Shown: one piece after another, positions 44,701 to 54,974 of the stretch
Layout of the letters: every line of letters starts with the position of its first letter
Position numbering within the stretch: the stretch's first letter is position 1
From: a virus
Taxonomy: Duplodnaviria; Heunggongvirae; Uroviricota; Caudoviricetes; Schitoviridae
IMG/VR virus record: IMGVR_UViG_2974544868_000001
Coordinates: 1-64,000 of that record
Strand: one strand, 5' to 3'
Length of the DNA stretch: 64,000 bases
The notes under the pieces: model-generated
Told to the model about the DNA's origin: nothing
The model's database searches: none
What the model saw: only the letters and a program-made list of their open reading frames with translations
Program-made: the position numbers and the translations under genes

Positions 44701-47700
44701 CCCGAGTGGTCAGGTAGTTACCCATGATCACGTTGTACTGCTCCTGCGCGTAGTAACGGGCAGCCAGCAGATCCACCGGATTCTCAGGCATGAAGTCCTC
44801 GACCTTCAGGGTCTTGGTCACATGGGCGTACAGCTCCTGAGCCTTGGCCAGAGCATTCGGGTCCAGCTGGATCGACATTGCCATGGCAGTGACCAGCGAA
44901 CGGAACGTACCGGCTTCCTGTGCGGTCATCGGGAAACCATGTGCAATGACCGATGCAGCCTGAGCACTGCTGTTACGCAGAGCATCCGCCAGCTCAGCAC
45001 GACGGCTCTTGCTGGTGTGAGGATCGATGCGAGAACGAACGTAGTCAGCAATCTTCTTGTTGAAGGTCTGACGCAGTTCAGTCAGTCGATCATTGTTGCC
45101 GAACAACTGGTTCTGGAACAGGGCGGTATCACGCAGCGACTGAGCAACCAGTGGGGCCGAACGAATGATCACACCAGTATTGAACTGGAGAGTGCTCAGG
45201 GCATCGTCACCACCATACGGAGCCTTCTTGCGGCCCCAGAAGAGTTGCTTCAGGAAATTGATCACATCCTTGGCCATCTGAACCAAGGAAGGAGCCTGCT
45301 TCGACTTCAGGTTGTCAGTCAGCTGCTCGTTGGTCAGTGCCCATGCCATGAACTCATTGAGAGCCTTGGCCTTGGCCACAGCATCAGTCACGTCCAGATC
45401 CGATTGGGCTTCCGTGATCACAGCCTGAGCCACGGTCACAGCCTGATCGTTGGACGTATCAGCCATGAACTGTTCCATCAGTCCTTCAATACGGCCGATT
45501 GCCTCAGCCACTTCCGGAGTCGAGTTGCCCTCATAGTGAGCGAGCACCTTCTCGAAAGTGGTGGCATGCACCATCTCGTGGATCGCAGTTTCCGGAGTAG
45601 CGTTGTAGAGGTAGATCGTCTTGTCAGCAATCACAGTGGCACCCTGCTTATCGACAGGAGTCACGGTGTTGCCAGTCCGATCTTGGTACGCCGCAATCTG
45701 TTCCGGGGTGCCGTAGACAATCTTCCAGTCCTTGGCTGCTTGGCTCCGCTGAATCTCCCCGAAGATGATCTTCTGAGCATCAGTCATCTGCTCGCTACGA
45801 CCGAACTGTTGCATCGAGGTGTAGCTCAGGACACGGACACCCGTGCTGTGCTCACGGCCCAGAGAGGCCATGATTGGGTCAGCTTCAGGTGCAGCAGCTT
45901 TCGGAGCGTAGGCAGCATTCAGTGCAGCCAGAGCGTCTTCAGCCACTGGCTTGCCATTGGTGTACGGAGCACCAGCAGCAGCCATTTGATCGACGGAGTT
46001 GGCGATGGACTGACGGGCTTCGATACGACGGGCAGCAGAGTCACCAGCCCAGTTCATGTTCTGAGCCAGCTCATCAATGGCGGACATGACCTTGGACACC
46101 ATCGGGACTTCACCCTTGGCCATCTTCAGTCCAAGTGCTCGGTACAGAGCCTTGAGGTTGTCATCATCGATCATCTCTTCCTTCAGGTTCTTCTGGAAGG
46201 TATTGAACGAATCAGCCACAGCCTTCAGCGGGTTGCCCTGCCACGACTGGTAAACAGCCTCATTGGCTCGCTTGCTGTATTCAGTCATGCGCTGATCGAT
46301 GGCAATGTTCATGCCGTCGAACACCTTCAGAGTGCCTTCCAGACCAGCGTTGGCAAGGTGCTGCATCATCATGCCGTCACCAGAGCCGATGGTCATGAAG
46401 GCAGCACCAGCCACACCAGCATCAGCCGGGCCATAGATGTTGGCCGGAGTGCTCATGCGGGTTGCACTGCTCAGGCCACGACCGAACTCCGATGCGTTGA
46501 CATCGGTGCGGTTGGAACCAGCAATGAAGAACCGCTGTGCACCCGTGTCGATGATCGGAGCCAGAGAATCGAGATCCTTGTAGATCGACTCCAGCTCGGC
46601 TTGGCTCAGGAACTCAGTCTTCTTGAAGTTGGGATCGGCCTTTGCCTTGGCTTCCAGACGATCAGCAACAGCCTTCTTGAATTCCGATTCCAGAATGATC
46701 GACTGCACCTGAGTAGCACGACGCAGCTTCTCAACAGCCTTCATCATCGGAGCACCAACAGTGGCCTGAATGCCTTCTCGCATCGGACCAACGAACAGGT
46801 GCAGCATGTTCTGCTGGATGTTCTTGAACTGTTCCTTGCTGAAGGTGAAGTCAGCCAGACTCTCGATCTTGAACGAGCCAGCAGGTTCGCCATCAACCCA
46901 GTCGAACTTTCCGTCGTAGACCTTCGGGACGGTGTTGGTCAGCTCATTCATGGCCTGACCGAATGCACGCAGCTTCTCAGCAGCGTTGGCATCATTCGGG
47001 AACATGGCATCAGCCATCGAGATCTCGGGGTTGTCATTCCGTGCAGTCAGTGCATCGGTCAGACGCTCATAGATCTTCTTGGTCAGGGTCTCGGTGATGT
47101 TGCCAGCAATACCAGCAGCACCCGAACCGTAGATGGTGATCGTCAGCGGGTTCTTCAGAGCACCACGGCCCAGAGTCAGGACACCGCTTTCCGGATCGAA
47201 GTTGATGTCATTGCCGAAGAACTGATCCAACACGGTGAACAGACGGTTGATCTGCTCAGTGCCGTACTGATCGTTGGCCAGAGCGTTACGCAGGGACTGC
47301 ACAGCCTTGGCGGTTTCATCCGTCGAAGCCTGATACAGATCCTTGGTGTCCACTTCACTGCGGATGGTGTTGGCCGACATCTCTTCGCCGAAGGTGACAC
47401 CACCCTTGCGCATGTTGTCGATCCACTGCTGAGTGAACTGGCCAATGCTCATCAGTGCCATGGCATTGATCGGACCATTAGTCATGCCGTCCGCTTCGAG
47501 GTACAGCGAGGTGGTGAACTCACCACGGTTGCTGTCATCGATACGGACGTACTCGCTCAGCGAATGCAGGGCAGCCGGAGTCAGATCCGCACCGGCAGCC
47601 TTGAAGCTGTCGCGCAGAGTGTTCAGATCCTCGACGCTGAAGTCATGGTTGCCTTGGTTCATCGAACGCAGCAGATCGACTGCTGGAGCCAAGGAAGCAA

Positions 47701-50700
47701 GGGCCGCATTGACCTTGGTCAGTGCAGCATCACGGCTCATGTTGTGGACCTTGATACCGAAGTGCTGACCAGCAGCAATCAGGAAGTTGCCCATCTGATC
47801 GGCATCATTGAGATCCACGGTCGAACGAGTCGGGAGTATTGCCTCACGAACCAGCTTCGAAGACTGCGGCGTGTACTTGCCCAGCATCTGCATACGACCA
47901 ACACGGGACATGTTGTAGCGGTAACGGATCGGCAGCTGATCCAGAGCAATGCCCTGAGCATCAGACAGGTTCTGCATCTCACCGACCACAGCAAACAGCG
48001 AATTGAAAGCAGCACCGATGGTTCGGTTCTTGCCTTCCAGAGCCGCAGCATGTGCCTTGTTGAATACACGATCATTGGTCTCACCAGCACCGAACAGACG
48101 CTGGAGCATATCCATGCCCATCGAACGGTAGATGTTGACCATTGCGGTGTTGACGTAGAACGGAGTCTTCTGCTCCTTCTCCAGTGCAGACTGTTGATCC
48201 TTGGTGTTCTCAACCAATGGATTGTTCATCTGACGCTTGGCCACTTCCATGGTTACGTCATCGCCGATGTAGTTCACTTCTTCCGGCTCAACCATCACCG
48301 CATGCTCAATAGCATTCGGGTAGTCCTTGGCACCTTCCGGAATGTCCTTGACGACCCAACGGTCGAAGGTCTTCGGACCATCCAGACCATCACGCTCATC
48401 CAGAGTGACAGTGACACGCTCAACGAGACCAGACTCAATCATCGAGCCGATCACTTCAGCAGCCATCGATTCCGGGATGCCTTCGACATAACCTAGTGGA
48501 GCATTGCGGTTGGCAGTCAGACCCCAGTAGGACTGGATCTTCTGAGCCAAGGAACGCTTGGCCTCAGCAGTGCTCATGCCTTGGTTCAGGGCATCGATCT
48601 TGTCGCTGCTGATCATGTCCATCGGAGCACCGACGTAACGCTGGAACGACTCTTCATCCATGTTCTGGTTGAAGGTGTCAGCGTTGATCGCCCAGTGCAG
48701 ACCAGCCAGCACTGCATTTTCCAGCAGGTTCTGGTTGTAGGTCAGCTTGCCGTTGTTGTTGTCGGTGATGTTCAGCAGCTTGCCATCAGCCCAGGTGTTG
48801 GCATCAGCCTGCCCATTGAGGAACCGACCACCAACATTCTTCTCAGTCAGGAAGGTCTGGAGCTTCTTGTTCAGATCCTTCTTCATCCACTCAGCATGGT
48901 CGAACAGTTCGCCATAGCCTTCGGTGACGCTGGGCGTCAGATCGTGACGTGCTACGTCACCCGTCAGTCGAGTGAATGCCGGGCCAGATGCCAGAGCATC
49001 TTGAACCATGGAGATGGGAGACTCTTCCGAGATCGTCCGGGTACGTGGTTCCTGCGGCAGAGAGAATGCCGTCTTGAAGTGGTTCGGGTACTTGTCCGTA
49101 GCCACCAAATTCGGGAACGCTGCATCCATGCCCTGCGGCTGTGGAGCTTCCTCAACCACACCGTTGACAGCACGGTTCATGGTGTCGGTATCGCCCTGCT
49201 GCACAAAGCCCATGGACTCGTAGAAGCCAAGCAGGCGTGCACGGTCGGTATCACCCTGTTCGGCAACGTCCAGAGAAACCGGCAGGCCAGCCTCATCAGC
49301 CATTTGAACCAGTGAGGTCAGCACCTTACGTGCACCGCCTTGGCCTCGACCTTCCTTCTTGGTCTGGATGATGTTGACCTTGATCGTGTCACCGATCCGG
49401 TCATAGGACAGGGAAGTAGCCCCATCAACGATGCGAGCACGACCGTCATCAGGACGCAGCTGACGCAGATCTCCCTTCATCCATTCCTTGTTGGTCGGTG
49501 CTTCAGCGACCGTTTCGGTAGCTGGCTGAGCGTCAGCCACGGGAGTTTCTGCCACCTCCGGCACCGGGGTAACAGTTTCTTCACTTGGCACAACATCAGG
49601 GACAACCGTCTCACTTTGAGCTGGGGTATCATCCGCACGTGCCTCGGCTACTGGTTCAGCAGGCTGAGCAACCACCTCGGTAGGGGCCGAGTCCACAACG
49701 CGAGAATTGCGTTGGAACGAGTCCGCCACTTCACGGATCGGACCGTCCAGACGTGAATCCAAGGAGACCGCACCGACATGTCCACCATTCAGATCCGGGA
49801 ACGAATCGCTCAGGCCGTTGTAAACATGGGCCAGTACCTGAGCCTCAAGGGCAATTTGATGCGCTTGTTCCAAGGACTTCGTGGACCGAGTGTTGACGTA
49901 CAGCCCTTTTGCGGACTCCTTCCAAGTGCGATCCGGCTGCAATGCCATGTAGGTGACACCCTCAGCGTTCGGATTCCCCGCAGCAAAGTGAGTGTTCAAG
50001 GCCGTGACCTTGTTCTGCATGTGGCGAACGAACTCGCCAAAGTCGCCGAGCAGAGCGGCTGCGAGGTTGTTATTACCCGCCGCCACCGCTGAGCGAATTC
50101 CCTTGTAGTGCTGCAATGCAGACTTCTCACCTTGACCGCTGCGAGCAGTGTCAGTGGTGATCTGCTTGCTCACCAGATCTTGTTTGCGGTTCAGACCCAG
50201 ACGTTCAACCTCAGCGTTGTACTTACGCTGTTCCGACAGAATGGTCTTGGAGAATTGCAGAGCACTACGCTGATCCTGAGTCAGCGTCAGATTGCCCTTC
50301 GACTCCTGATACAGGATCTGATCGACCGTATCTGGATTGAGCTTGGTCGGAGCATTCTCCGCCACAGCCACAGCTTCGATCACAGCTTGACGACCTTCGT
50401 GGGTATCCACGTTGGAATCGGTCACTTCAGGACTGATCGAGCCTTCCTCAGCCTGCTGCATCTTCTGCATGACAGTGCTGATCGCACGGTTGATCTTCGG
50501 AGTATCGATGTTGGCCAGCAGACCAGCGTACTGGTTCAGCAGTTGAGCCGGACGGCTTTCCGGATCGAGAGAATCCAGACCAGCAGCCTCACGCATCTTG
50601 AAGTCATTCAACGACTGAGCCATGTTGATCAGCGCATAACCCGCCTCCAACGACTCACTCGTATCTTCCTTCACTCGGTTCACGTAGTCGGCCAGATTCT

Positions 50701-52330
50701 GCATGGCTTCGACACGGTTGCCTGCATTGGCCATCAGAGGACGGATGTTCTCGCTGTAGCCGATCTCATCCAGTTCCTGCGGATTCACCTGCAACTGGTT
50801 CATCAGAGAATCGACATACGACACAGCACCGGCCTTCTCTTCAGGAGAGATGTCCAGTGCATTGATGGCATCCGTCATTTCACCGTAGGCTTGCGGAGCC
50901 TGCTGCACAGCTTCAGCAGCAGCATTGCCAACCACGGAGTCAGCAAGAGGACTGTTCTTTTCGTTCTCGGCAAGGATGCGATTGCCACGCTCGATCAGGC
51001 CATTGAACACCGGAGAGGTGACGGCCTTCAGACCTTGCATGGTGCTATTGGCAGCCTTCACTGCACCTCGTGCACCAGCACCCGGCAGCTGGACAGTACC
51101 AGCAGCACTGAAGCCGTACAGAGCACCCTGACCAACCTGTTCACCAACACCATCAGAGATGCTCTGAGTGGGATCGACGTTCTCACGGATGGCGTAGTTC
51201 TGAGCCAGACCACCAGTACCGGATTGCAGACCTTCTTCCAGTGGCTCCTTGACCAGTGCATTGGCCAGAGCAGTGCGGATGTTCGGCACATGGAACGGGC
51301 TGGCTTCGAAGCGAGCAACCAACGAACCAGTGGCAGCAGCCAGTGGTGCTTGGATGACAGCAGCAGTCCGGCCAGCTTCATTGGCCAGCTGAGTGCGTGC
51401 ATCTTCTTGGGACATGCCCGAAGCGACCAGATCACGGAACTGGGGGCTGTTCTTGTTCAGATCATCGAACGAACGACCCAGCACATCAGCAGTAGTCTGT
51501 TGGTACGCACCACCAGCTTCCATTGCAGCAATGGATGCAGTGGTTGCCAGAGTGCTTTCACCAGCCACAGCACTGCCGGTACGACCGAGAGCAGCAGCAA
51601 TCGGTGCACCAATAGCCTTCAGACCCTTGGTGATCGGACCAGCAGCCAACAGAGAACCGACAGCATCCGAAGTACCTTGGATGAAGGTAGTCTCATCGGA
51701 CAGTCCATTGACCAGTGCACTGGTTGCATCACGGCCAATACGACGAAGCGAGGCAGGAACCTCACCAATCTGAGACTTCTCAGCTTCGTACTGTGCAGTG
51801 GAGTCACGATTCTCCAGAGCAGTGGCAGCAGCAGATGCACGACGACGTGCATTCAAGGTATCAGTCTGAGTGCCTTGCACCCACTGATTGCCTTCCTCGA
51901 TCTTCTTCGCAGCCCATGCACCAGCTTCGTCATTGGCCAAGCCAAGACCTAGTGCACCGATGCCAGCGAAGGCATTGGCCAAACCAGAGCCGACACCGGA
52001 GATGGTGTCACCCAGAACCATGGAGACATTGCGACTGTTCAGTGCATTGTCTCGCTGGAAAGCAGCATCACCTGCACCCTGAGCCAGAATCAGACGGGTG
52101 GCATCGTCGCCGTACTTGGCACGGAGATCGATGGAATCCAGAGTCCGGAGGTCTTGCTCCAGTTGCCCCATGGTTCCAGCACCGGCTTGATTGCCACGGC
52201 CAGCAGCCACCTGATAGAAGTTCGGATCGACTGGAAGAGGTGCAGCGACTTGCGCCGGGGCTGGCATCACAGGGTCTGGTGCAACGACCGGGGTGCTCAG
52301 AGCCGAACGCAGAATGTCGTTGATCGCCAT
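41762..52330 (-). CDS. virion-encapsidated RNA polymerase (N4 gp50-like vRNAP), 3522 aa
   Basis: single uninterrupted 10.6-kb ORF; a giant vRNAP is the Schitoviridae hallmark; RBS 'acagga' before the start. Confidence 0.8.
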   Translation of the reverse strand: MAINDILRSALSTPVVAPDPVMPAPAQVAAPLPVDPNFYQVAAGRGNQAGAGTMGQLEQDLRTLDSIDLRAKYGDDATRLILAQGAGDAAFQRDNALNSRNVSMVLGDTISGVGSGLANAFAGIGALGLGLANDEAGAWAAKKIEEGNQWVQGTQTDTLNARRRASAAATALENRDSTAQYEAEKSQIGEVPASLRRIGRDATSALVNGLSDETTFIQGTSDAVGSLLAAGPITKGLKAIGAPIAAALGRTGSAVAGESTLATTASIAAMEAGGAYQQTTADVLGRSFDDLNKNSPQFRDLVASGMSQEDARTQLANEAGRTAAVIQAPLAAATGSLVARFEASPFHVPNIRTALANALVKEPLEEGLQSGTGGLAQNYAIRENVDPTQSISDGVGEQVGQGALYGFSAAGTVQLPGAGARGAVKAANSTMQGLKAVTSPVFNGLIERGNRILAENEKNSPLADSVVGNAAAEAVQQAPQAYGEMTDAINALDISPEEKAGAVSYVDSLMNQLQVNPQELDEIGYSENIRPLMANAGNRVEAMQNLADYVNRVKEDTSESLEAGYALINMAQSLNDFKMREAAGLDSLDPESRPAQLLNQYAGLLANIDTPKINRAISTVMQKMQQAEEGSISPEVTDSNVDTHEGRQAVIEAVAVAENAPTKLNPDTVDQILYQESKGNLTLTQDQRSALQFSKTILSEQRKYNAEVERLGLNRKQDLVSKQITTDTARSGQGEKSALQHYKGIRSAVAAGNNNLAAALLGDFGEFVRHMQNKVTALNTHFAAGNPNAEGVTYMALQPDRTWKESAKGLYVNTRSTKSLEQAHQIALEAQVLAHVYNGLSDSFPDLNGGHVGAVSLDSRLDGPIREVADSFQRNSRVVDSAPTEVVAQPAEPVAEARADDTPAQSETVVPDVVPSEETVTPVPEVAETPVADAQPATETVAEAPTNKEWMKGDLRQLRPDDGRARIVDGATSLSYDRIGDTIKVNIIQTKKEGRGQGGARKVLTSLVQMADEAGLPVSLDVAEQGDTDRARLLGFYESMGFVQQGDTDTMNRAVNGVVEEAPQPQGMDAAFPNLVATDKYPNHFKTAFSLPQEPRTRTISEESPISMVQDALASGPAFTRLTGDVARHDLTPSVTEGYGELFDHAEWMKKDLNKKLQTFLTEKNVGGRFLNGQADANTWADGKLLNITDNNNGKLTYNQNLLENAVLAGLHWAINADTFNQNMDEESFQRYVGAPMDMISSDKIDALNQGMSTAEAKRSLAQKIQSYWGLTANRNAPLGYVEGIPESMAAEVIGSMIESGLVERVTVTLDERDGLDGPKTFDRWVVKDIPEGAKDYPNAIEHAVMVEPEEVNYIGDDVTMEVAKRQMNNPLVENTKDQQSALEKEQKTPFYVNTAMVNIYRSMGMDMLQRLFGAGETNDRVFNKAHAAALEGKNRTIGAAFNSLFAVVGEMQNLSDAQGIALDQLPIRYRYNMSRVGRMQMLGKYTPQSSKLVREAILPTRSTVDLNDADQMGNFLIAAGQHFGIKVHNMSRDAALTKVNAALASLAPAVDLLRSMNQGNHDFSVEDLNTLRDSFKAAGADLTPAALHSLSEYVRIDDSNRGEFTTSLYLEADGMTNGPINAMALMSIGQFTQQWIDNMRKGGVTFGEEMSANTIRSEVDTKDLYQASTDETAKAVQSLRNALANDQYGTEQINRLFTVLDQFFGNDINFDPESGVLTLGRGALKNPLTITIYGSGAAGIAGNITETLTKKIYERLTDALTARNDNPEISMADAMFPNDANAAEKLRAFGQAMNELTNTVPKVYDGKFDWVDGEPAGSFKIESLADFTFSKEQFKNIQQNMLHLFVGPMREGIQATVGAPMMKAVEKLRRATQVQSIILESEFKKAVADRLEAKAKADPNFKKTEFLSQAELESIYKDLDSLAPIIDTGAQRFFIAGSNRTDVNASEFGRGLSSATRMSTPANIYGPADAGVAGAAFMTIGSGDGMMMQHLANAGLEGTLKVFDGMNIAIDQRMTEYSKRANEAVYQSWQGNPLKAVADSFNTFQKNLKEEMIDDDNLKALYRALGLKMAKGEVPMVSKVMSAIDELAQNMNWAGDSAARRIEARQSIANSVDQMAAAGAPYTNGKPVAEDALAALNAAYAPKAAAPEADPIMASLGREHSTGVRVLSYTSMQQFGRSEQMTDAQKIIFGEIQRSQAAKDWKIVYGTPEQIAAYQDRTGNTVTPVDKQGATVIADKTIYLYNATPETAIHEMVHATTFEKVLAHYEGNSTPEVAEAIGRIEGLMEQFMADTSNDQAVTVAQAVITEAQSDLDVTDAVAKAKALNEFMAWALTNEQLTDNLKSKQAPSLVQMAKDVINFLKQLFWGRKKAPYGGDDALSTLQFNTGVIIRSAPLVAQSLRDTALFQNQLFGNNDRLTELRQTFNKKIADYVRSRIDPHTSKSRRAELADALRNSSAQAASVIAHGFPMTAQEAGTFRSLVTAMAMSIQLDPNALAKAQELYAHVTKTLKVEDFMPENPVDLLAARYYAQEQYNVIMGNYLTTRDAKGRSSLLPVFVALSMTNDQFRSVLSKMALPKSVKDKTNTVDGLLNNAGQTAMDNLNGYLSGTRKSKNVGDAMDALMNQMYENAQDEQSFIDQYASKTGGILDRGNQYIIDGVTKLSEAVIARADTVAQTTSNKVVRALAQGTRIMASMATEERGARVAEGFMEMSNRANMWKPMHDFFNDLVGRTDNNSTIYDMIKHVRSMVQQDRQQFREHLPTVIAKKFSRELTSKEWSQLHRGLGKTDLAVLGADGLKFMDDATRAAEISALESQLAKDTGSHFNLYQSKMKQLANYMMTGEAGYNLLGNAFAISRLLGERKQGTWKIPQASVVDAMDKLTTLYAVEQLDPMVRFDLNNLITNEAEGMDFSLAYLRGQRKDEYNKAKTTRAKFNQFKGYIPTLNQPGVTLLVADDREFASLTERSYVRVADYKGSFLERGASKKGYYYAPVSGRAAYNQGIFQNVRNTSNGVDAVTGFSHDTMVAGRITEKAQVDAITAAMTAYSNTGLARAKQAEPLRAIYSDKGVPVAYERMVDPQQTQRLNVDDHFAKMIGVWRGRQVEEAKAQFYNERLVDALHDMYERDTKASVSAKNQYVNLFNQKDSVIKDAASLFSAETRNYISQKFGDEFWVRKDMLNDAIGYRSASTGDVFTGNTRWSKETQDTAKKLALGLFGNKAYSYITNAEKTLQNFVQDARTLIVVKSVIVPISNSIANVYQLVGRGVPLLNVAKGYPQKASEIDSYVKSRIRQIDAEAELRASTSLVQQRKLKAEIQSITDSHKRLSIWPLIEAGEFTAISDVGLTTDDIDLASGKLHSYIEKKTDQLPDGLKTLGRYALITKDTALYQGLQKAIQYGDFVAKAILYDDLTKRQKKSPEYALGRITEEFVNYDRLPGRFRGYLESIGLLWFWNFKIRSAKVGLSMIRNNPLHSLLAVASPAPTMFGSVGLPIEDNLFAKLGDGSLDYSVGIGQAMRAPLLNPWINLVN

Positions 52331-52378
52331 TGCGGATTGGTCCTGTAGTAAGGATAAGTTGGTAGAGAGAACGATAGC

Positions 52379-52406
52379 AGAAAAAAACCCCGCCGAAGCG
52401 GGGTTT
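52379..52406 (-). terminator. rho-independent terminator (minus strand) between the gp51-like gene and vRNAP
   Basis: plus strand reads 'aaaaaaa ccccgccgaagcgggg ttt', giving hairpin plus U-run on the minus strand. Confidence 0.6.
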
Positions 52407-52410
52407 CATC

Positions 52411-54480
52411 TTACCAGTTGCGTCCTTGGCCCCGGAAACCCGGAGCCGGGATTCCACTGGGCAACGGAGCAGCTGCATCTTGCAGGATCTGAGTGGTTCG
52501 TGCCGAGCCGCCACCCTGAGATTGAGCCACGGGCTGAGGAACGGTCCGATCCTGCCAGTTGGGACGGAGTTGCTCCAGACCTCGCTGGGCTTCACGTACA
52601 GCGTCCAGACGCTGCTGTGCTGCCTGTACCCGTGCCTGATAGCGGGGCAGCTGTGCAGCGAGTCCTGGCTGCGTCTGAGCACGTTGAGCAACAGCACGGT
52701 ACTGAGCCATTGCATCGTCCAGAGTGGCTTGGGCCGACTGAATCTGCTGAGCCACAGCACCAACCTGCTGTGCCGAGTCGAACTGACTCAGAGCACTGCC
52801 GTTGCGGAACGACTGGATAGCAGCATCGACGCCATCGTCATTAAGACGCAGACCATTGCCGAGGTTGCCGGTCGAACGGAACGGACTCAGAACACGGTTG
52901 GCACCGTATTGCAGGTATTCCAGCGGGTTGGTTGGCGAAGCATCGATGTTTCGGCGAAGGACGGCAGCTGCGGTTGCAGCATTGACGTTGCCTTCGTTCA
53001 TCACTCGACGCAGCTCACGGGTCAGGATCGACTTGTCAGCACCAGCGAAGGAACCACCCTCACCAGTAATTTCCGAGATGATCTGGCCAGCATCACGGGT
53101 ATCGCCAACCGTCTGGGCGTAGTCATTGGACACGCCACCGTTGTTGGTGTCCTGCATTGCACGGGTCAAGATGCTCGACAGAGCTTCACCCGTTGCCTGA
53201 CGACCTTGGTTGCCAACAGCCTGACCAGTCTCAGCACGGGAGATCTGCTGACGCATCTCATCCCACGACAGATCCTTGTAGGCACCCGGACGCTTGTCGG
53301 TCAGAGCAGCCCACGTCTGAGTCAGATCACCACCCTTACGGGCATTGAAGATCGCTTCACCGATCTTGTTCTGTGCATCAGCATCGAACGGCTGGTTCTT
53401 CCAGTCCTTGCCCAGCACTCGGGGACCGAAGTCTTCCAGAGTTGCCTTGTTGATCTGGTATGCACCCAGCGGACTGTGACCCTGACGGCTGATCATGCCG
53501 GACTGATGATCGATGACATCACCGATCTTCATCTGGCTGATCGGAACCGGAGTCGCTTGGAACTCGAAGGTAGTGTCATAGACACTGCCCTGTCGGGTGC
53601 CAGCAGTACCCGGAGCAGACTGGGCTGCACCACCACCAGAACGACCACCACCACCGGCCGGAGCATCGGTAGCCAACGGACCATAGGTGCCGGGGAAAGC
53701 GTTTTGAACCAGACGGGTAGCCTGAGCACGCAGATTCTGGTCAAGACCAGACATGCTTTCCAGCACGGCTCGGGCATCTTCAGGACTGGCAGCACGACGC
53801 AGAACATCCGTTGCCAGCACTTGGGCTGCACGGCTTTCGTTGTCGTTTCGCTGATCGATGCTCAGGTTGTAGCGGTCACGGGTCAGTCCGAACTCACCTT
53901 GACGCTGGCCGAGTTCACCACGCAGCAGACCCTGAGCACCTTGAGCCATGGCGAGAGACTGATCGGCGTTGAGGTTGCCCAGCACGTCAGAATTTTCCTG
54001 ACGGATGCGGGCCACTTCAGCACTGTTGCCACGGGAAGCTGCATCGAACAGAGCAGCCTGAGCAGTACGGGCAGCATCGGAACGAGCATTGGTATCACGG
54101 GTTCGGTCGAAGCCGTAGCGGCCTTGTTCCAGATCCAGTGCACCAGATTCCAGTTGCTGGCGGGTACGGTCCTGACCCAGCAGAGTACCAACACGGTCTT
54201 GTAGACCAGTCAGCACACCAGCCGACAGCCGATTCGGATTGATGCCCGAGAGCAGGGAACCACTGGAGAGGGCATCACGCAGACCACCAGCATCTTGCTG
54301 CTGGAGAGCACGAGCCAGAACTTCCTGATCCGCATCACGAGTCTGCCGTGCTTGCAGATCATTCAGAGTGCCACGAGCAGCAGAGAACGCATTGTTCAGC
54401 TGATCGGAGAACATCTGATAACCACGCATCGCACTGGAGAAGTCCGGCGAATCAATGGGGCGGTATTGGATAGCGGCCAT
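52411..54480 (-). CDS. virion protein (N4 gp51-like), Gln/Arg/Ala-rich, possible transglycosylase-like segment
   Basis: 689 aa, placed immediately upstream of vRNAP in transcription order; 'SPLGAYQINKATLEDFG' faintly resembles an SLT motif. Confidence 0.55.
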   Translation of the reverse strand: MAAIQYRPIDSPDFSSAMRGYQMFSDQLNNAFSAARGTLNDLQARQTRDADQEVLARALQQQDAGGLRDALSSGSLLSGINPNRLSAGVLTGLQDRVGTLLGQDRTRQQLESGALDLEQGRYGFDRTRDTNARSDAARTAQAALFDAASRGNSAEVARIRQENSDVLGNLNADQSLAMAQGAQGLLRGELGQRQGEFGLTRDRYNLSIDQRNDNESRAAQVLATDVLRRAASPEDARAVLESMSGLDQNLRAQATRLVQNAFPGTYGPLATDAPAGGGGRSGGGAAQSAPGTAGTRQGSVYDTTFEFQATPVPISQMKIGDVIDHQSGMISRQGHSPLGAYQINKATLEDFGPRVLGKDWKNQPFDADAQNKIGEAIFNARKGGDLTQTWAALTDKRPGAYKDLSWDEMRQQISRAETGQAVGNQGRQATGEALSSILTRAMQDTNNGGVSNDYAQTVGDTRDAGQIISEITGEGGSFAGADKSILTRELRRVMNEGNVNAATAAAVLRRNIDASPTNPLEYLQYGANRVLSPFRSTGNLGNGLRLNDDGVDAAIQSFRNGSALSQFDSAQQVGAVAQQIQSAQATLDDAMAQYRAVAQRAQTQPGLAAQLPRYQARVQAAQQRLDAVREAQRGLEQLRPNWQDRTVPQPVAQSQGGGSARTTQILQDAAAPLPSGIPAPGFRGQGRNW

Positions 54481-54489
54481 CAGGATTCC

Positions 54490-54963
54490 TTACGAGCGGC
54501 TCAGACGGTTGTCGGCAATGTACTTGTCACGCTCGGCATCAGTTTGGCCTTCAACTGCTGCACGAGCACGAGCACGATCAGCCAGTTGGGTGTTATACGA
54601 CTGGATCGAGTTGTCGAGGTTCGTGTTGGCAAAGCCCTTGGTGAAGTTGAACTGATCACGAGCCAGCTTGTTGGCATTGAATGCGCCCCACAGACCACCG
54701 ATGGTTTGCAGTGCACCCAGACCGAACTGAGCAGTGTTCATGTTCAGACCGAAGCCCGAGGGATTACCAGCTCCACTGGCTCCGACAGTGTTCGGTACGA
54801 AACCAGTACCGTTGTTGGCAGGCAGACCCTGCATACCAGCAGGCTGACCGAGACCGTTGAAGCCAGAGAAGATGTCAGTACCACCGAGCAAAGAGTTCTT
54901 GCCGAAGTTCAGATTGGCAAGTGCCGGATAGGAACTCTGCCAGTCTTCGAAGGTAGTTGCCAT
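54490..54963 (-). CDS. Gly-rich small virion protein (N4 gp52 16.5-kDa-like)
   Basis: 157 aa, Gly/Asn/Phe-rich; position matches N4 order. Confidence 0.5.
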   Translation of the reverse strand: MATTFEDWQSSYPALANLNFGKNSLLGGTDIFSGFNGLGQPAGMQGLPANNGTGFVPNTVGASGAGNPSGFGLNMNTAQFGLGALQTIGGLWGAFNANKLARDQFNFTKGFANTNLDNSIQSYNTQLADRARARAAVEGQTDAERDKYIADNRLSRS

Positions 54964-54974
54964 GAGGCAGATCC

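Noticed and set aside
42182-48496. 2104-aa ORF on the + strand, antisense to the vRNAP gene
   Set aside because: It lies entirely within the 10.6-kb vRNAP coding region. Long antisense ORFs are expected from GC-rich codon bias. It has no RBS and its composition is repetitive, so it is a shadow ORF.
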